A stretch of 38,343 bases of DNA from Phoronis australis. Lineage: Eukaryota; Animalia; Phoronida. This document shows positions 36,531-38,343 of this stretch, piece after piece. The position numbers and the translations under genes were made by a program. Below the pieces are notes generated by a model, which worked only from the letters and a program-made list of their open reading frames with translations, ran no database searches and was not told the DNA's origin. How positions within the stretch are numbered: the first letter of the stretch is position 1; every line of letters starts with the position of its first letter. The stretch spans positions 23,403 to 61,745 of the forward strand of contig NMRA01000994.1 in assembly GCA_002633005.1 (NCBI GenBank), read 5' to 3'.

Positions 36531-36580
36531 CTAGTCTGCACGGTTAGCAGAAGATCTCGGGTTCAAGTCCCGGTTGGGAT
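36531..36580 (+). repeat. tRNA-derived SINE-like head fragment
   Basis: B-box-like gggttcaagtccc hairpin. A related degenerate copy lies on the - strand at about 23040-23100. No full cloverleaf. Confidence 0.4.
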
Positions 36581-36945
36581 AAAAATATAATTTTTCAAAA
36601 TTATGTTCATTAGGCCACGCGATGTGGCCAACAGGTGGCGTGCAGACCAGACTTACAATTTTTCTGAACTAGAACAAAATTAACAGCATTACCACATTGC
36701 TAACATTTCTCAACACAACTTCAATACAAGAAGTCATAATGTTTATTAAAATACCTGTTGAACTCTTATCACTTAATCATACGGTGTACAGCAAGTAATC
36801 AGACAAAACATCGTTTCCCCACAGGGGGGGTAATTCTAGCTAGTCCAATCATGAATTTCGAACTCTGCTTCCACTCAGCCATCAGGACAGGAAGTTCCCC
36901 TTGCGCCCCCATCAGGTCAAGAATCAGTAGGTACCGTAGCTATTA

Positions 36946-38343
36946 AGAGCAATTCCATATAAAAACCAGATGGTGGGCTATATATGCAAAATCACCAATT
37001 TTTTTGAAACTTAGCATATCAGCTGGCCTTGTCAAAAGAAACCTGAGCCTGAATTTTTAAGAGTTTCCGAAATTTTTTTAACCCTTTTTACGACCACTTT
37101 GTACTTTTTCTGAAAACTAGCAAATAATAGTACTTGGAAGTAGGTGACTTTTTGTCAGCAACAGCACATCATCGCTTCACGCTATAGAAAAAAATAACTA
37201 CACAGCAGAAAGAAGGAAGAATAACGTACAAGAAAAACTAGTTCGGATGGATTTTTTGATATTTTATGTCCTCCCATTTTAGCCTACAAAAATGTCATTT
37301 TCACTGCTTATTATTAAGCCCATTTTTACGCATTTTTATCACTCTCCCAAATCTATATCGGATTATTTTGGAACATGAGTTAACTTCCATCTGTTACTGC
37401 TGTCTTTGTTCAGCCCAACGCAAGAATAAAAAATCTTGTCTCTTTCATAATTTTTGTGCAGTCAGTTTTTTACATAACTCACTTACACACTTTTCTGCCA
37501 ATCTGTGACTGTCAGTTTGATTAAAAGACTCTAGGAGGCGCTGCTCGATTGTGCAATTATCTATCGACCAAAATGCCAAATAGAACAAATATCATTCATT
37601 TTGCTACATTAGTGACGAAGGAGATCATGGGAAGCTGTATGAGATTTTTTCTTCGCGGATTTTCAGTTTTGCTGGTGCAAAAATAAAAATTTGTTTTCGG
37701 ATTACAGAAATCAAAAAAGTAAATTTTAATGTACTTATGAGTTAATAATACAACCCCATCACCATCTCATACTTCAGAGAAGCAGGTTTTATTCTTATTA
37801 AGGGTGCCCATTACCCATTGCTTGGCCAGTTTTCAAACACCGTAACTGACTGAGAATCCCACGCACTGCCTGCAGTGCATGCTGGTTCATTTTCAGACCT
37901 CCTGGACAAATGCCTGTATATGCGAATGAAAAAGTCCTCTAAAACTATTAGCAAAGTTCATACTAAAACTAATCAAGATCTTCGAGATCACACGTGAAAA
38001 GAGGACGGTGGATACGAGCAGAAGTGTCGTGTTATTGGACATACAAAGTGTCACGCAATGCTTCTTGTACTACACAAAAGCGACCGAGCATGGTGGCAGT
38101 GCGCCAGTGGAATTTGCAATTTCAGAAAAATAACAGGTACGGATATTTACGATTGAAAACATAATAGTTTCAGTGATATCCAAGAAACCGGCTTTCCAAA
38201 CCAGTATTTAAGCAATTGGGTGTTGTTGCGACTTACCAGCTAAAAGTTTCACAATATGTAAATTCCGTTCATGCGGCGGACTCAAAAGCACAGTTTCTTG
38301 TAGGTATGCTAGGTTTAGTGTATGATGCATTTCTACACAACAC
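36946..38343. mobile_element. Possible left part of a Sola3-like DNA transposon
   Basis: ttaa followed by GAGCAATTCCAT fits a TTAA target with a GAG terminus. The other end is not in the window. Confidence 0.3.

Noticed and set aside
36531-36580. tRNA gene
   Set aside because: Only a T-arm/B-box-like hairpin is present, with no acceptor stem or intact A-box.

Overview
AT-rich, intron-containing animal genomic DNA, probably a marine invertebrate (inference only), with N gaps at 12611-12731 and 20800-21566. Two spliced genes that the ORF track misses can be rebuilt by hand, and they converge tail to tail. One is a + strand 6-pyruvoyl-tetrahydropterin synthase (PTS; visible coding pieces 21567-21608, 22809-22888, 24355-24425, 25302-25431, with the 5' end probably in the gap). 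The other is the 3' part of a - strand PWWP3A/MUM1-like gene (exons 36467-36404, 34989-34870, 32952-32848, 31513-31292). An ETS/CRE/YY1 promoter at about 14550-14600 has a probable - strand first exon (MADIEELR). Mobile DNA includes a full-length decayed Gypsy (Mag-like) LTR retrotransposon (15820-20347), a CR1/L2-type LINE relic, a THAP fragment and several non-autonomous TIR elements. The most unusual observation is that both host genes carry near-perfect tandem arrays built from an exon/intron junction. A 59-bp unit multiplies the PTS catalytic-exon end plus its splice donor. A stop-free 78-bp (26-codon) unit multiplies the branch point, acceptor and exon start of a PWWP3A-like exon. A foldback in a PTS intron carries two mirror-image minimal hammerhead-ribozyme-like motifs. 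No prokaryotic-type system, CRISPR array, rRNA or intact tRNA gene was seen.
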